A stretch of 63,805 nt of DNA, filler included, from a bacterium (GTDB lineage: Bacteria; UBP15; UBA6099; JAJRTR01): assembly GCA_024278215.1 (NCBI GenBank). It is 5 parts of 4 records of this genome, joined end to end, with 100 filler letters (N's around TTAATTAATTAA, not from the genome) between each part and the next. Parts side by side here need not be neighbours in the genome. Positions count along the whole stretch, not along the records: positions 23,589 to 44,391 come from JAJRTR010000174.1; positions 44,492 to 49,002 come from JAJRTR010000010.1; 3 more parts are not named here. The stretch is one strand, 5' to 3'. Made by a program: the position numbers and the translations under genes. Every line of letters starts with the position of its first letter. Position 1 is the stretch's first letter. The notes below the pieces were generated by a model, which saw only the letters and a program-made list of their open reading frames with translations, was not told where the DNA came from and did not search any database. This document shows, in pieces, positions 36,572 to 45,357 of this stretch.

Positions 36572-37114
36572 ATGAGTATAGATTCGATCACATCGCTTGA
36601 CGACATCAGGGCGGATATAGTGAATAAACTTCGCTCAGCCCTGAAAATGGACCCCGACGCGCCGCTTTCCGAGGCCGGCAATAACAAGAGTCTCGAAGAA
36701 CTGAGGCAGCAGATTCTTGCAAAAGCGCGCGAACAACTGGGCGGCTCGATTTCTGTACCGGGCAAGCCGGCAGGCGACTTTACGGTGGATGTCGACGACA
36801 TGCGGACACGGATGCTCTTCTACCGCATTAAAAACGCCAATATATCGCGTGGTCAGAGGGATGCCCTCAGCGGCTTTGTACGCAGCATGGCCATAGATAA
36901 AAAAATAGGTAAAGAAATCGTCAAAAGTGTAAGTGAAATGATTTTCTTCATGGAAACCACAGCCGGAATCAACCGCCGCAACGAGTTGAAAACTTTCCCA
37001 CTCGAAAAAACTGTCGACAACGAAATGAACAGCATATATTCCATGCGCGCACGTCGCGACGCAATGAAGGAAAATCTCGAAAACCTCAGAAAAAACATAT
37101 CCCCATCAGATTGA
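36572..37114 (+). CDS. Hypothetical helical protein
   Basis: 180-aa ORF directly behind the sigma-28-like promoter. No recognised motif. Confidence 0.7.
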   Translation: MSIDSITSLDDIRADIVNKLRSALKMDPDAPLSEAGNNKSLEELRQQILAKAREQLGGSISVPGKPAGDFTVDVDDMRTRMLFYRIKNANISRGQRDALSGFVRSMAIDKKIGKEIVKSVSEMIFFMETTAGINRRNELKTFPLEKTVDNEMNSIYSMRARRDAMKENLENLRKNISPSD

Positions 37115-37310
37115 ATCTCGCATAGCACCCGTTGTTATCAAGTATCACTTTGAGCCGATTGCAATGATTATCAAAAACGGCTAAACTTTATTAACGGTTG
37201 TGAGTATTGCCGTTCATCGGGGAAAATTCCTGTTATGGAAAACAACACGTTCAGCGGTTAATCTGAAAGATGCTTCGAATCATTTATTGAGGAGAAAAGG
37301 AAAATAGAAA

Positions 37311-39044
37311 ATGTCTGTAATTCTTGGAATAAACGCATATCATCCGGGCGCGTCGGCTGCGATAGTTATCGACGGCAAACCTGTGGCGGCAATCGCAGAG
37401 GAACGCCTTAACAGAATCAAGTATTACGCGCTGTTTCCGAAACTCGCAATCTTGAAATGCCTCGATATAGCAGGTATAGAACTCAAAGACATCGATTATG
37501 TCGCAATCGGGCGCGACCCTGATGCCAACCGATCGAAGAAAATCGAGTATCTTGTCAGAAATCCCACTAAACTTCTGAATCTCATAAAAATCAAAATGAG
37601 CAAGAGTTCTCTAGGCGACATGAAGGAACTTTTCGTCAGAGAACTCGATGCCGACCCGGCGCAATTGCGTTTCGAGCAGTTGCACGTCGAACACCATCTT
37701 GCGCACATCGCCGGTTCCTATTTTATTTCTCCGTGGGAGCGATGCGCCGGTTTCAGTGTTGACGGCTCGGGCGATTTCGTCACCTGCATGCTGGCAAAAT
37801 GCGAGGGCGATCAAATTGACATCAGGAAACGAGTATTTGTGCCGCACTCGCTCGGTTCACTTTATATGATGATATGCGAGTTCATAGGCTACCGGAAGTA
37901 CGGCGATGAGGGCAAGGTCATGGGGCTCGCCCCGCTTGGCGGAGATACATATCATGATACGTTCGAAGATATGGTTAATCTTACAGGCGATTCATTCACG
38001 CTGAACAGCAAATATTTCATGCCGTTCGGGTCGAATCAGGGTATGAGTTTCGACGAGAACGGCCAGATGAAAATCCACAGGCATTATTCGGACTTCATGG
38101 TCGAGAAATTCGGCGAACCGCGTGAACCTTATTCAGATATCCCGGACCGCGACCGCGACCTTGCTTTCGGTGTGCAGAGAATATTCGAAAAAGGCTACAT
38201 GCACCTTTTGAACATTCTTCATGGTATGGTGCCCGATGAACGTGTGGCAATGGCGGGAGGCGGCATATTAAATAGTGTCGCCAACGGCAAACTTTTCGAC
38301 GAAACTCCTTTCCGCGAAACAGCCATCCAGCCGGCCGCCGGCGACGAAGGTCTTTCCATCGGTGCCGCACTCTATGTCAGCAACTGCATTCTCAAAGAAG
38401 GCAACCGCTACGAAATGCAGAGCGCCGACCTCGGACCGGAATACTCTGATTCTGAAATAAAATCATCCCTCAATCACTATGGTATCAAGTACATTAAACT
38501 CGACCGTGACGAATTGATAGACAAAACCGCAGACGACATCGAAAAGGGTTGCGTGGTAGGTTGGTTCCAGGGCAGAATGGAATGGGGACCGCGCGCGCTG
38601 GGCAACCGCTCGATCCTTGCAAACCCGGGTCGCAAAGACATGAAAGCCATCCTGAATTCGCGCATCAAACGCCGCGAGTGGTTCCGTCCGTTTGCGCCTT
38701 CGGTGCTTGCCGAGTGCCAGTCCGATATTTTCGATCATACGCACCCTTCCCCATTCATGCTCCACGTATACAAGATCAAACCCGAATGGCGCGAAAAACT
38801 CGTCGCCGTCAATCACGTGGACGACACCGGCAGACTCCAGAGCGTCGCTCGCGACGAAAACGCTCTTTATTACGACCTTATCAAAAAGGTCGGCGAGAAA
38901 ACAGGCACACCGGCTGTACTCAACACAAGTTTTAACGAAAATGAACCCATCGTTTGCAGCCCACAGGAAGCGGCGGACTGCTTTACTCGCACAAAAATGG
39001 ACACACTCGCGATCGGGCCATTCTTCTGCAGGAAAGACGACTGA
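37311..39044 (+). CDS. O-carbamoyltransferase (NodU/CmcH family)
   Basis: EERLNRIK, EHHLAH, DGSGD, EGKVMGLAP, PAAGDEG, EWGPRALGNRS, FRPFAP and LNTSFN. RBS GAGGAG. Confidence 0.95.
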   Translation: MSVILGINAYHPGASAAIVIDGKPVAAIAEERLNRIKYYALFPKLAILKCLDIAGIELKDIDYVAIGRDPDANRSKKIEYLVRNPTKLLNLIKIKMSKSSLGDMKELFVRELDADPAQLRFEQLHVEHHLAHIAGSYFISPWERCAGFSVDGSGDFVTCMLAKCEGDQIDIRKRVFVPHSLGSLYMMICEFIGYRKYGDEGKVMGLAPLGGDTYHDTFEDMVNLTGDSFTLNSKYFMPFGSNQGMSFDENGQMKIHRHYSDFMVEKFGEPREPYSDIPDRDRDLAFGVQRIFEKGYMHLLNILHGMVPDERVAMAGGGILNSVANGKLFDETPFRETAIQPAAGDEGLSIGAALYVSNCILKEGNRYEMQSADLGPEYSDSEIKSSLNHYGIKYIKLDRDELIDKTADDIEKGCVVGWFQGRMEWGPRALGNRSILANPGRKDMKAILNSRIKRREWFRPFAPSVLAECQSDIFDHTHPSPFMLHVYKIKPEWREKLVAVNHVDDTGRLQSVARDENALYYDLIKKVGEKTGTPAVLNTSFNENEPIVCSPQEAADCFTRTKMDTLAIGPFFCRKDD

Positions 39045-39046
39045 TA

Positions 39047-40105
39047 TTGAAATCGCAGTGGAAAATAGAACCGGTATCCAGCCTCCACGGATTCACAATC
39101 GAGTGGATCGAGCCGGGACGCACTATCATTTCAAGGAAAAACAGATTCTATCTTGCCGATTCGCCGACAGGAAAAATGAAACATGCCGGGACAGTGCCCG
39201 CGCCACTGTGGAAACAGGCGGCGGCCTCGCTCCGGCTCGGTCAGAGACTTCTGCGGTTCATGGCGTATAATGCACTGCCTCTGCCCGACGGTTCGCTGTT
39301 TGTCACCTTTGGGAAACGATACGGTATTCTCTCAGGCGGCGACTTTCATTCAATCGGCGGCATCGAAAAACCAGGACGCGCACTCCGCGGCGCCTGCGCG
39401 CAGGGACGCGACGGAATGATTTACTTCGGCGAATATATCACCGGCAGAAAACGTGTGCCTATCAGTGTCTATGCCTGCGGCACCGGCAGCAAATGCGCAG
39501 GCACGGTACACAAATTCGAGGTCGGCGAAGTGCGCCATGTACATGGAATATATTGCGATCCTTACACCGGCGATTTATGGTGCCTCACTGGCGACCTGCC
39601 GGAAGAATGCCGCATTATTAAAACCTCAGACTATTTCAAATCAATGGAAATAATCGGTTCGGGCGACGAAACATGGCGCGCCGTCAGCGTTCAATTTCGC
39701 AAAGACGCCGTTTATTATGCCACAGATGCCGAATTCGGCGCGAATTACATTTACCGGATCGACAGGAAAACATGCCGCCGCGATATGCTTACCCGCGTCG
39801 ACGGCCCGGTGTATTATTCGCGAAGCGTCGGCGACGATCTTCTGTTCTGCGTCACAGCCGAGTTGTGTCCCAGCCAGAAAGGAACAGAGGCTACCCTCTG
39901 GCATGTCGACCCGGATGATAATGTCAATAAAGTTTATTCAGTTGGGAAAGACCTTTTTGCTTACAAGAAATTCGTAAAATTCTTTCTGCCCGGACTCCTG
40001 AATTTCCCCGCAGGCCCCGGACTCGATCACGAGACATATTTCAACGCCGCTGCTCTCCGCGGCATCGACAACATGACCTTCAGAATCAGAATAAATTGCG
40101 ACTGA
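39047..40105 (+). CDS. Hypothetical beta-propeller-like protein of the type seen in polysaccharide loci
   Basis: YFGEY, RHVHGIYCDPYTG and LTGD motifs. Starts 2 nt after the carbamoyltransferase stop (TTG start inferred). Confidence 0.7.
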   Translation: MKSQWKIEPVSSLHGFTIEWIEPGRTIISRKNRFYLADSPTGKMKHAGTVPAPLWKQAAASLRLGQRLLRFMAYNALPLPDGSLFVTFGKRYGILSGGDFHSIGGIEKPGRALRGACAQGRDGMIYFGEYITGRKRVPISVYACGTGSKCAGTVHKFEVGEVRHVHGIYCDPYTGDLWCLTGDLPEECRIIKTSDYFKSMEIIGSGDETWRAVSVQFRKDAVYYATDAEFGANYIYRIDRKTCRRDMLTRVDGPVYYSRSVGDDLLFCVTAELCPSQKGTEATLWHVDPDDNVNKVYSVGKDLFAYKKFVKFFLPGLLNFPAGPGLDHETYFNAAALRGIDNMTFRIRINCD

Positions 40106-40144
40106 ACGAAAATCTGCTCCTACCGGAACATGCACAAATTGCCC

Positions 40145-40181
40145 GCTACCCCGGATTTATTTGTGAGAAACCCGGGGTAGC
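40145..40181. terminator. Hairpin between convergent genes (related to the family A right end)
   Basis: GCTACCCCGG...CCGGGGTAGC stem containing GTGAGAAAcCCGGG as at 13441-13457. Confidence 0.5.
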
Positions 40182-40214
40182 GAACCTTATCAAAGCCACC
40201 GACAAGGTGAGCGG

Positions 40215-41672
40215 TCATCTCTCTTTTAACGAAAAATCCATATTTTTCGCCGCGGCGACTTCGTCAAGACGCCCCACAGGTGTAGTAACCGGCGCGTCGC
40301 GACATGATTGCGGATCATTCTCGATTATCACGGCTATCTCTTTCATCGCCTCGATAAATGTGTCCAGCATCTCGAGCGATTCCGTCTCCGTCGGTTCGAT
40401 CATCATCGCTTCTTTCACAACGAGCGGAAAATATATTGTAGGTGGATGATAGCCTTTGTCGATGAGCATCTTTGCTATGTCCAGGGCGCGAACACCTTTT
40501 TTCGCCTGTTCCTGCGCACTCAGGACACATTCGTGCATACACGGCAGGTCGAACGCCGCGCTATAATACTCTTTCAACATATTGAAAACATAATTCGCAT
40601 TCAGCACAGCGTTTTCGCTCACTCGCACAAGGCCCTCCCGGCCCAGTGTGATTATGTATGAATATGCTTTGAGAATGACGCCGAAATTTCCGTAGAACGG
40701 AGCTACGTAACCAATTGATTTCGGGCGGTCGTATTCGAGCGCGTAAGTGCCGTCTTTGCGTTTTACAACGAGTGATATCGGTAGATATTCGCATAATTTT
40801 TCGCACACGCCGACCGGTCCCGCTCCCGGCCCGCCGCCGCCGTGGGGTGTGGCGAACGTCTTGTGCAGATTCAGGTGTATCACGTCGAAACCGATGTCGC
40901 CGGGCCTGCACTTCCCGAGTATCGCGTTCAGGTTCGCTCCGTCATAATACATCAGGCCGTCGCGTTCGTGGACCATGTCGGCCATCTTCTGCACATTTTC
41001 GTCGAACAGGCCCAGCGTGTTGGGATTCGTAAGCATGACGGCCGCCACTTCATCATCGAGCAGTTCCTCGAACTTATCTATATCCATCCTGCCCCGCGAA
41101 TCCGTGGGAACGGAAACAACGGAATAGCCCGCAATCGCCGCGCTTGCCGGGTTTGTGCCGTGTGCCGAATCAGGCGCGAGCACCTTTGTTTTATTGTTGC
41201 CGCGTTCGCGGTGATAAGCGGCGATCAGCATCACGCCTGTCAATTCACCGTGCGCGCCGGCCATCGGCTGCATAGTGAATTCGGCCATACCGGTGATCTC
41301 GCTCAACATTCGTTCAGTCTCATAGATAACTTCCAGCGCGCCCTGGGTGAGCATACCGCCGAGCCGGAGTTGCGGCAGCAGCGGATGCAGCGCCGCAAAA
41401 CCTTCGTAGCGCGACACTTCCTCGCCCAGCTTCGGGTTATACTTCATCGTGCACGAACCCAGCGGGTAGAAGCTTGTGTCCACGCCGAAGTTGCGGCGCG
41501 AAAGTTCGTTGAAATGGCGCACCGCGTCGATCTCCGACACTTCGGGAAGCTCCGCAGGTTTCGACCGCATAAACTCTTCAGGTATTTCCATCCGGGCGAG
41601 CACATCGCTCTGCGGCGGCCTGACACCACACCTGCCCTGCTTGCTTTTTTCGTATATGAGTTTCACAGGCAT
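40215..41672 (-). CDS. gcvPB: Glycine dehydrogenase (decarboxylating) subunit 2
   Basis: YPLGSCTMKYNP, AHGTNPASA and HLNLHKTFATPHGGGGPG (PLP lysine). Confidence 0.97.
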   Translation of the reverse strand: MPVKLIYEKSKQGRCGVRPPQSDVLARMEIPEEFMRSKPAELPEVSEIDAVRHFNELSRRNFGVDTSFYPLGSCTMKYNPKLGEEVSRYEGFAALHPLLPQLRLGGMLTQGALEVIYETERMLSEITGMAEFTMQPMAGAHGELTGVMLIAAYHRERGNNKTKVLAPDSAHGTNPASAAIAGYSVVSVPTDSRGRMDIDKFEELLDDEVAAVMLTNPNTLGLFDENVQKMADMVHERDGLMYYDGANLNAILGKCRPGDIGFDVIHLNLHKTFATPHGGGGPGAGPVGVCEKLCEYLPISLVVKRKDGTYALEYDRPKSIGYVAPFYGNFGVILKAYSYIITLGREGLVRVSENAVLNANYVFNMLKEYYSAAFDLPCMHECVLSAQEQAKKGVRALDIAKMLIDKGYHPPTIYFPLVVKEAMMIEPTETESLEMLDTFIEAMKEIAVIIENDPQSCRDAPVTTPVGRLDEVAAAKNMDFSLKER

Positions 41673-42994
41673 CCCTCCATAGCCTCGGCCAGTCTGCCGA
41701 TCTCTTCTTTTGTCCTTTTCTCTGTCACAGCAACAAGCATAGACTTCTTCATTCCTTCATAATAGAAACCGAGCGGGAAACCGGCGGCGAAACCTTTCTC
41801 GATAAGATCGCCCGCCACTTCGCCCGCGTCGCGCGGCAGATCTATGGTAAATTCATTGAATATCGGCGCCGAATATTTTATGTGCACTCCGGGTATTGCG
41901 CTTAGCCGCTGCCGGGCATAAGCGGCTTTTGTCGCGCACAGTTCCGCTGTTTCCACGAGCCCCACTTTACCGATAAGGCACAGGTATACCAGCGCCGCCA
42001 GTGCGCAGAGCGCTTCATTCGAGCATATATTGCTTGTTGCTTTTTCGCGTCTAATATGCTGCTCGCGCGTCTGGAGCGTGAGCACGAAACCACGGCGGCC
42101 CGCATGATCGGTCGTCGCGCCCACGAGCCTGCCCGGCATCTTCCGCACATATTTCATGCGTGTCGCCATGAATCCGAGATACGGACCGCCGAACGACAGC
42201 GGCAGCCCCAGGCTCTGGCCTTCACCTGTGACAATGTCGAATCCCATCTCACCGGGCGTTTTCAGAATGCCCAGCGAAATCGGGTAGACCGAAGCAATAG
42301 CGAGCGCACCCGCTTCGTGCGCAATTTCGCAGACCGGCGTAAGATCGTCGACACAACCGAAGAAGTTCGGATTCTGCAGTATTATCGCCGCCGTATCCTG
42401 ATCAATCGCATCGCCAACTTTCCTCCTGTCCGTGACTCCTTCCCTGGTGGGCACCTCGACAAATTCAAGTGAAAGATTGCTCGTATAACTCGCAAGCATC
42501 TTCCTGTATATCGGGTTGACCGCCGAACTGACGATGATCTTGCGCCGCCGGGTGATTCGTACCGCCATCATGGCCGCCTCGTACAGTGCCGTGCCGCCGT
42601 CGTAGAGCGAAGCGTTCGCGACATCCATCTCGACCAGACGGCATATTGCGGTCTGATACTCATAAATGGCCTGTAGCGTGCCCTGCGAAATCTCAGGCTG
42701 GTATGGAGTATAAGCAGTATAAAATTCGCCCCGTTGCAGCACAGTGTCCAGCGCGGATGGAATATAATGGTCATAGAAACCGCCCCCGATAAAATTCACC
42801 AGCCCGGTTGCGTTTTTATCCGCGAGGGCCGCAATATGGCGTCTCACATCCATTTCACTTCGACCGGTCGGCAAATTTAACTTTTTCGCGTGCATTTCCG
42901 GGGGTATCTGCCTGAACAGTTCGTCAATGTTTTCGAGTCCGATCCTGGCCAGCATCTTTTCCCTGTCTTCATCTGTATTCGGTATATATGGCAT
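41663..42994 (-). CDS. gcvPA: Glycine dehydrogenase (decarboxylating) subunit 1
   Basis: YTAYTPYQPEISQGTLQ, ANASLYDG and REQHIRREKATSNICSNE. Confidence 0.97.
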   Translation of the reverse strand: MPYIPNTDEDREKMLARIGLENIDELFRQIPPEMHAKKLNLPTGRSEMDVRRHIAALADKNATGLVNFIGGGFYDHYIPSALDTVLQRGEFYTAYTPYQPEISQGTLQAIYEYQTAICRLVEMDVANASLYDGGTALYEAAMMAVRITRRRKIIVSSAVNPIYRKMLASYTSNLSLEFVEVPTREGVTDRRKVGDAIDQDTAAIILQNPNFFGCVDDLTPVCEIAHEAGALAIASVYPISLGILKTPGEMGFDIVTGEGQSLGLPLSFGGPYLGFMATRMKYVRKMPGRLVGATTDHAGRRGFVLTLQTREQHIRREKATSNICSNEALCALAALVYLCLIGKVGLVETAELCATKAAYARQRLSAIPGVHIKYSAPIFNEFTIDLPRDAGEVAGDLIEKGFAAGFPLGFYYEGMKKSMLVAVTEKRTKEEIGRLAEAMEGCL

Positions 42995-43254
42995 TTCTCA
43001 CCTTCCATAAAGTCATCTTATGCACATATTTCAGTATAAGGATTTAACATAACAAGTAAATCATTCGAGACTTCGCGCGAAAGAAAAGCCGGAGCCAGGA
43101 AACCAGGGTTCGAGCAAAGAACCAGACTCTTGAAATAACATGCACACAAAAGAAAGAGCATTTTAACCGCATGATACATATTAATCCTGACCCGGCAAAG
43201 CCGGAACCCAACAAGCCGCATTTTCGTGCCCAGACAAATGCGGTTTGAGCACGG

Positions 43255-43375
43255 CACACAGAGTTTCGTCGTTCATACAGTCATCGCACTCGCACTCGTC
43301 CACACAGAGTTTCGTCGTTCCCATGGGTCTACCCCGGGAACGTCTGGAACTGGAAGCTCCAGCTTCTTATCGTTT
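43255..43375. repeat. 20-bp direct repeat pair plus REP-like palindromes
   Basis: CACACAGAGTTTCGTCGTTC at 43255 and 43301, followed by GTTCCC..GGGAAC and GAAGCTCCAGCTTC. Confidence 0.55.
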
Positions 43376-43423
43376 CCAGAAGATGTCGAGTTGAAAAAGG
43401 AAGTGAGAAAAAAACATCAACGA

Positions 43424-44389
43424 TTACCTATTCGCCCACTGTTCTATGCGGGCGCGGCGGTCGGGGTCGAGTTGAAAGTTGATGCGTTCCCATTGGGTTT
43501 TGCGGTATTCAGATAGTTCATCGGGTGTGAAGTCGGGTGTGCGGATGTGCCCTTTACCGAAACCGAAGACAAGGTGGTCAAGCGAAAAGTCTTCGACGAA
43601 ACAGCCTTCTTTCTCGCATATGTCGAACAGTTCGCTGCCCGGATATGGTGTGGCGATGGAGAAGGAAACGTAATCACAGTCGATGTCTTCAGCGAATTGT
43701 ATCGTGCTCCGAATCTGCTCCTTTGTTTCGCCGGGGAACCCGATGACGAACATGCCGATTGTCTCGATGCCGAGGTCTTTAAACTTCTTAACATATCGAA
43801 TTGTTTTATCGAGTTTTAGTGGTTTTCTGATTATATCCGTCAGGACTTCCGGGCAGCCGCTTTCGAAAGCAAGACAGGCGCTGTAGCAACCGGCAGCCTT
43901 CATCTTTTCGATAAGCGTGTCATCCAGCGCATAAAGGGCAAGCCCGTTGGGTGTGGTCCACCCGATATCGAACCCGCGCTCGACCATACCGTCGAAAATA
44001 GCTTCCGCGCGGCGACGGCCCAGTGTGAGGTTATCGTCGAGAAACGCGAGTTCGCGAATCGAATAGTTTTCGACCAGCGACTCGATCTCGTCCAGCACAC
44101 GCCCCGGCGAATGCGCCCTGAATTTTCGGCCCATCATATGGTGCGCGTTGCAGAATATGCAGTGGCCCGGGCAGCCGCGTGATGTAATAATTGTCGTATG
44201 CGGTTTTTCCTTTGGTCCGAATCGGAACGACTTGTCCACATTCGTATAGAGGTCCATCCTGAGCAGGTCGCGCGCAGGCATAGGCAAACTGTCGAGATCA
44301 GAGACAAAACCGGCTCGCGGGATAATCCGCACCTGTCCGTCTTCCCGGAACGCCGTTCCCGGCGGCAGCAATGCAGGGTTGCCGTTTTC
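43424..44389 (-). CDS. B12-binding-type (class B) radical SAM protein, N-terminus lost in gap
   Basis: DLDSLPMPARDL, TSRGCPGHCIFC, FLDDNL, FESG, GFPGET and TPYPGS. Confidence 0.88.
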   Translation of the reverse strand, partial: ENGNPALLPPGTAFREDGQVRIIPRAGFVSDLDSLPMPARDLLRMDLYTNVDKSFRFGPKEKPHTTIITSRGCPGHCIFCNAHHMMGRKFRAHSPGRVLDEIESLVENYSIRELAFLDDNLTLGRRRAEAIFDGMVERGFDIGWTTPNGLALYALDDTLIEKMKAAGCYSACLAFESGCPEVLTDIIRKPLKLDKTIRYVKKFKDLGIETIGMFVIGFPGETKEQIRSTIQFAEDIDCDYVSFSIATPYPGSELFDICEKEGCFVEDFSLDHLVFGFGKGHIRTPDFTPDELSEYRKTQWERINFQLDPDRRARIEQWANR

Positions 44390-44391
44390 TA

Positions 44392-44491
44392 NNNNNNNNN
44401 NNNNNNNNNNNNNNNNNNNNNNNNNNNNNNNNNNNTTAATTAATTAANNNNNNNNNNNNNNNNNNNNNNNNNNNNNNNNNNNNNNNNNNNN
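44392..44491. other. Assembly spacer
   Basis: N...TTAATTAATTAA...N. Confidence 0.98.
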
Positions 44492-45180
44492 ACATGCGAA
44501 ACGGACGCCAATTGCCTGTGGGACGGTACGATATGTACTGACAACACAGGCGGCGGAACGTGCTCGGGATACACGGACCAGACAACATGCGAAACTGACG
44601 CCAATTGCCTGTGGGACGGTACGATATGTGTAGATAACTACAACGGAGGAACATGTTCGGGTTACACGGACCAGACAACGTGTGAAACGGACGCCAACTG
44701 CCTGTGGGACGGAACGATATGCACTGACAACACAGGCGGCGGAACGTGTTCGGGTTACACGGACCAGACAACGTGCGAAACGGACGCCAACTGCCTGTGG
44801 GACGGCACGATATGCACCGACAACACAGGTGGCGGAACGTGTTCGGGATACACGGACCAGACGACATGCGAAACGGACGCCAACTGCCTGTGGGACGGCA
44901 CGATATGCACCGACAACACAGGCGGCGGAACGTGTTCGGGTTACACGGACCAGACAACGTGCGAAACGGACGCCAACTGCCTGTGGGACGGTACGATATG
45001 CACTGACAACACAGGTGGCGGAACGTGCTCGGGATACACGGACCAGACAACGTGCGAAACGGACGCCAACTGCCTGTGGGACGGTACGATATGCACCGAC
45101 AACACTGGCGGCGGCACGTGTTCGGGTTACACGGACCAGACAACGTGCGAAACGGACGCCAATTGCCTGTGGGACGGTAC
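44492..45180. repeat. 93-bp tandem repeat, 7 full units plus a partial unit
   Basis: Units start at 44492, 44585, 44678, 44771, 44864, 44957, 45050 and 45143. Confidence 0.95.
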
Positions 45181-45202
45181 GAACTGTGGTCCTGTCAATT
45201 GA
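44492..45202 (+). CDS. C-terminus of a Cys-rich tandem-repeat protein (31-aa units), N-terminus lost in gap
   Basis: Open frame from the gap reads (TCETDANCLWDGTICTDNTGGGTCSGYTDQT) x7 then TCETDANCLWDGTNCGPVN*. Differences between units are mostly synonymous, and a terminator follows. Confidence 0.85.
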   Translation, partial: TCETDANCLWDGTICTDNTGGGTCSGYTDQTTCETDANCLWDGTICVDNYNGGTCSGYTDQTTCETDANCLWDGTICTDNTGGGTCSGYTDQTTCETDANCLWDGTICTDNTGGGTCSGYTDQTTCETDANCLWDGTICTDNTGGGTCSGYTDQTTCETDANCLWDGTICTDNTGGGTCSGYTDQTTCETDANCLWDGTICTDNTGGGTCSGYTDQTTCETDANCLWDGTNCGPVN

Positions 45203-45245
45203 TGAAAACAGATTATATTGAATAATTACAGAAATTAATACCGAG

Positions 45246-45277
45246 AGCCCGCCGGATAATAAAGGCGGGCTTTTTTT
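45246..45277 (+). terminator. Rho-independent terminator
   Basis: AGCCCGCC-loop-GGCGGGCT followed by a T-run. Confidence 0.85.
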
Positions 45278-45280
45278 ATG

Positions 45281-45310
45281 GTGCGCCCGGAAGGGCGAAT
45301 TTGACGGGGA
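45281..45310 (+). mobile_element. 5' remnant of a group IIC intron
   Basis: GTGCGCCCGGAAGGGCG starts 3 nt after the terminator T-run, matching the class IIC 5' end and target preference. Confidence 0.55.
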
Positions 45311-45313
45311 CTA

Positions 45314-45357
45314 CATTATCCCGATTTTTGGTCCGCATTGGTGAAATATGCGGGTTA
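45314..45357. repeat. Family A repeat copy
   Basis: CCCGATTTTTGGTCCGCATTGGTGAAATATGCGGGTTA abuts the stop codon at 45358. Confidence 0.75.

Noticed and set aside
42995-43423. Glycine riboswitch upstream of gcvPA
   Set aside because: No GGAGA...CCGAAG...CTCTCAGG aptamer motifs are visible on the minus strand.
44436-45143. Minus-strand Cys/Arg-rich ORF and the plus-strand ORFs at 44682, 44746 and 45025
   Set aside because: These are shadow frames of the repeat. Substitutions are non-synonymous in them, and the terminator fits the 44492-45202 frame.
44492-45202. CRISPR array or non-coding repeat array
   Set aside because: The units are contiguous 93-mers with no unique spacers, variation is mostly synonymous in one frame, and no cas genes are present.
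43424-45202. RiPP cluster (radical SAM plus Cys-rich precursor)
   Set aside because: The two ORFs are on different contigs separated by an artificial spacer, so their adjacency is not evidence.
45279-45296. tRNA gene or tRNA-derived att site (reverse reads ...CCGGGCGCACCA)
   Set aside because: No T-loop or cloverleaf is present, and the position after a terminator is better explained by a group IIC intron 5' end.
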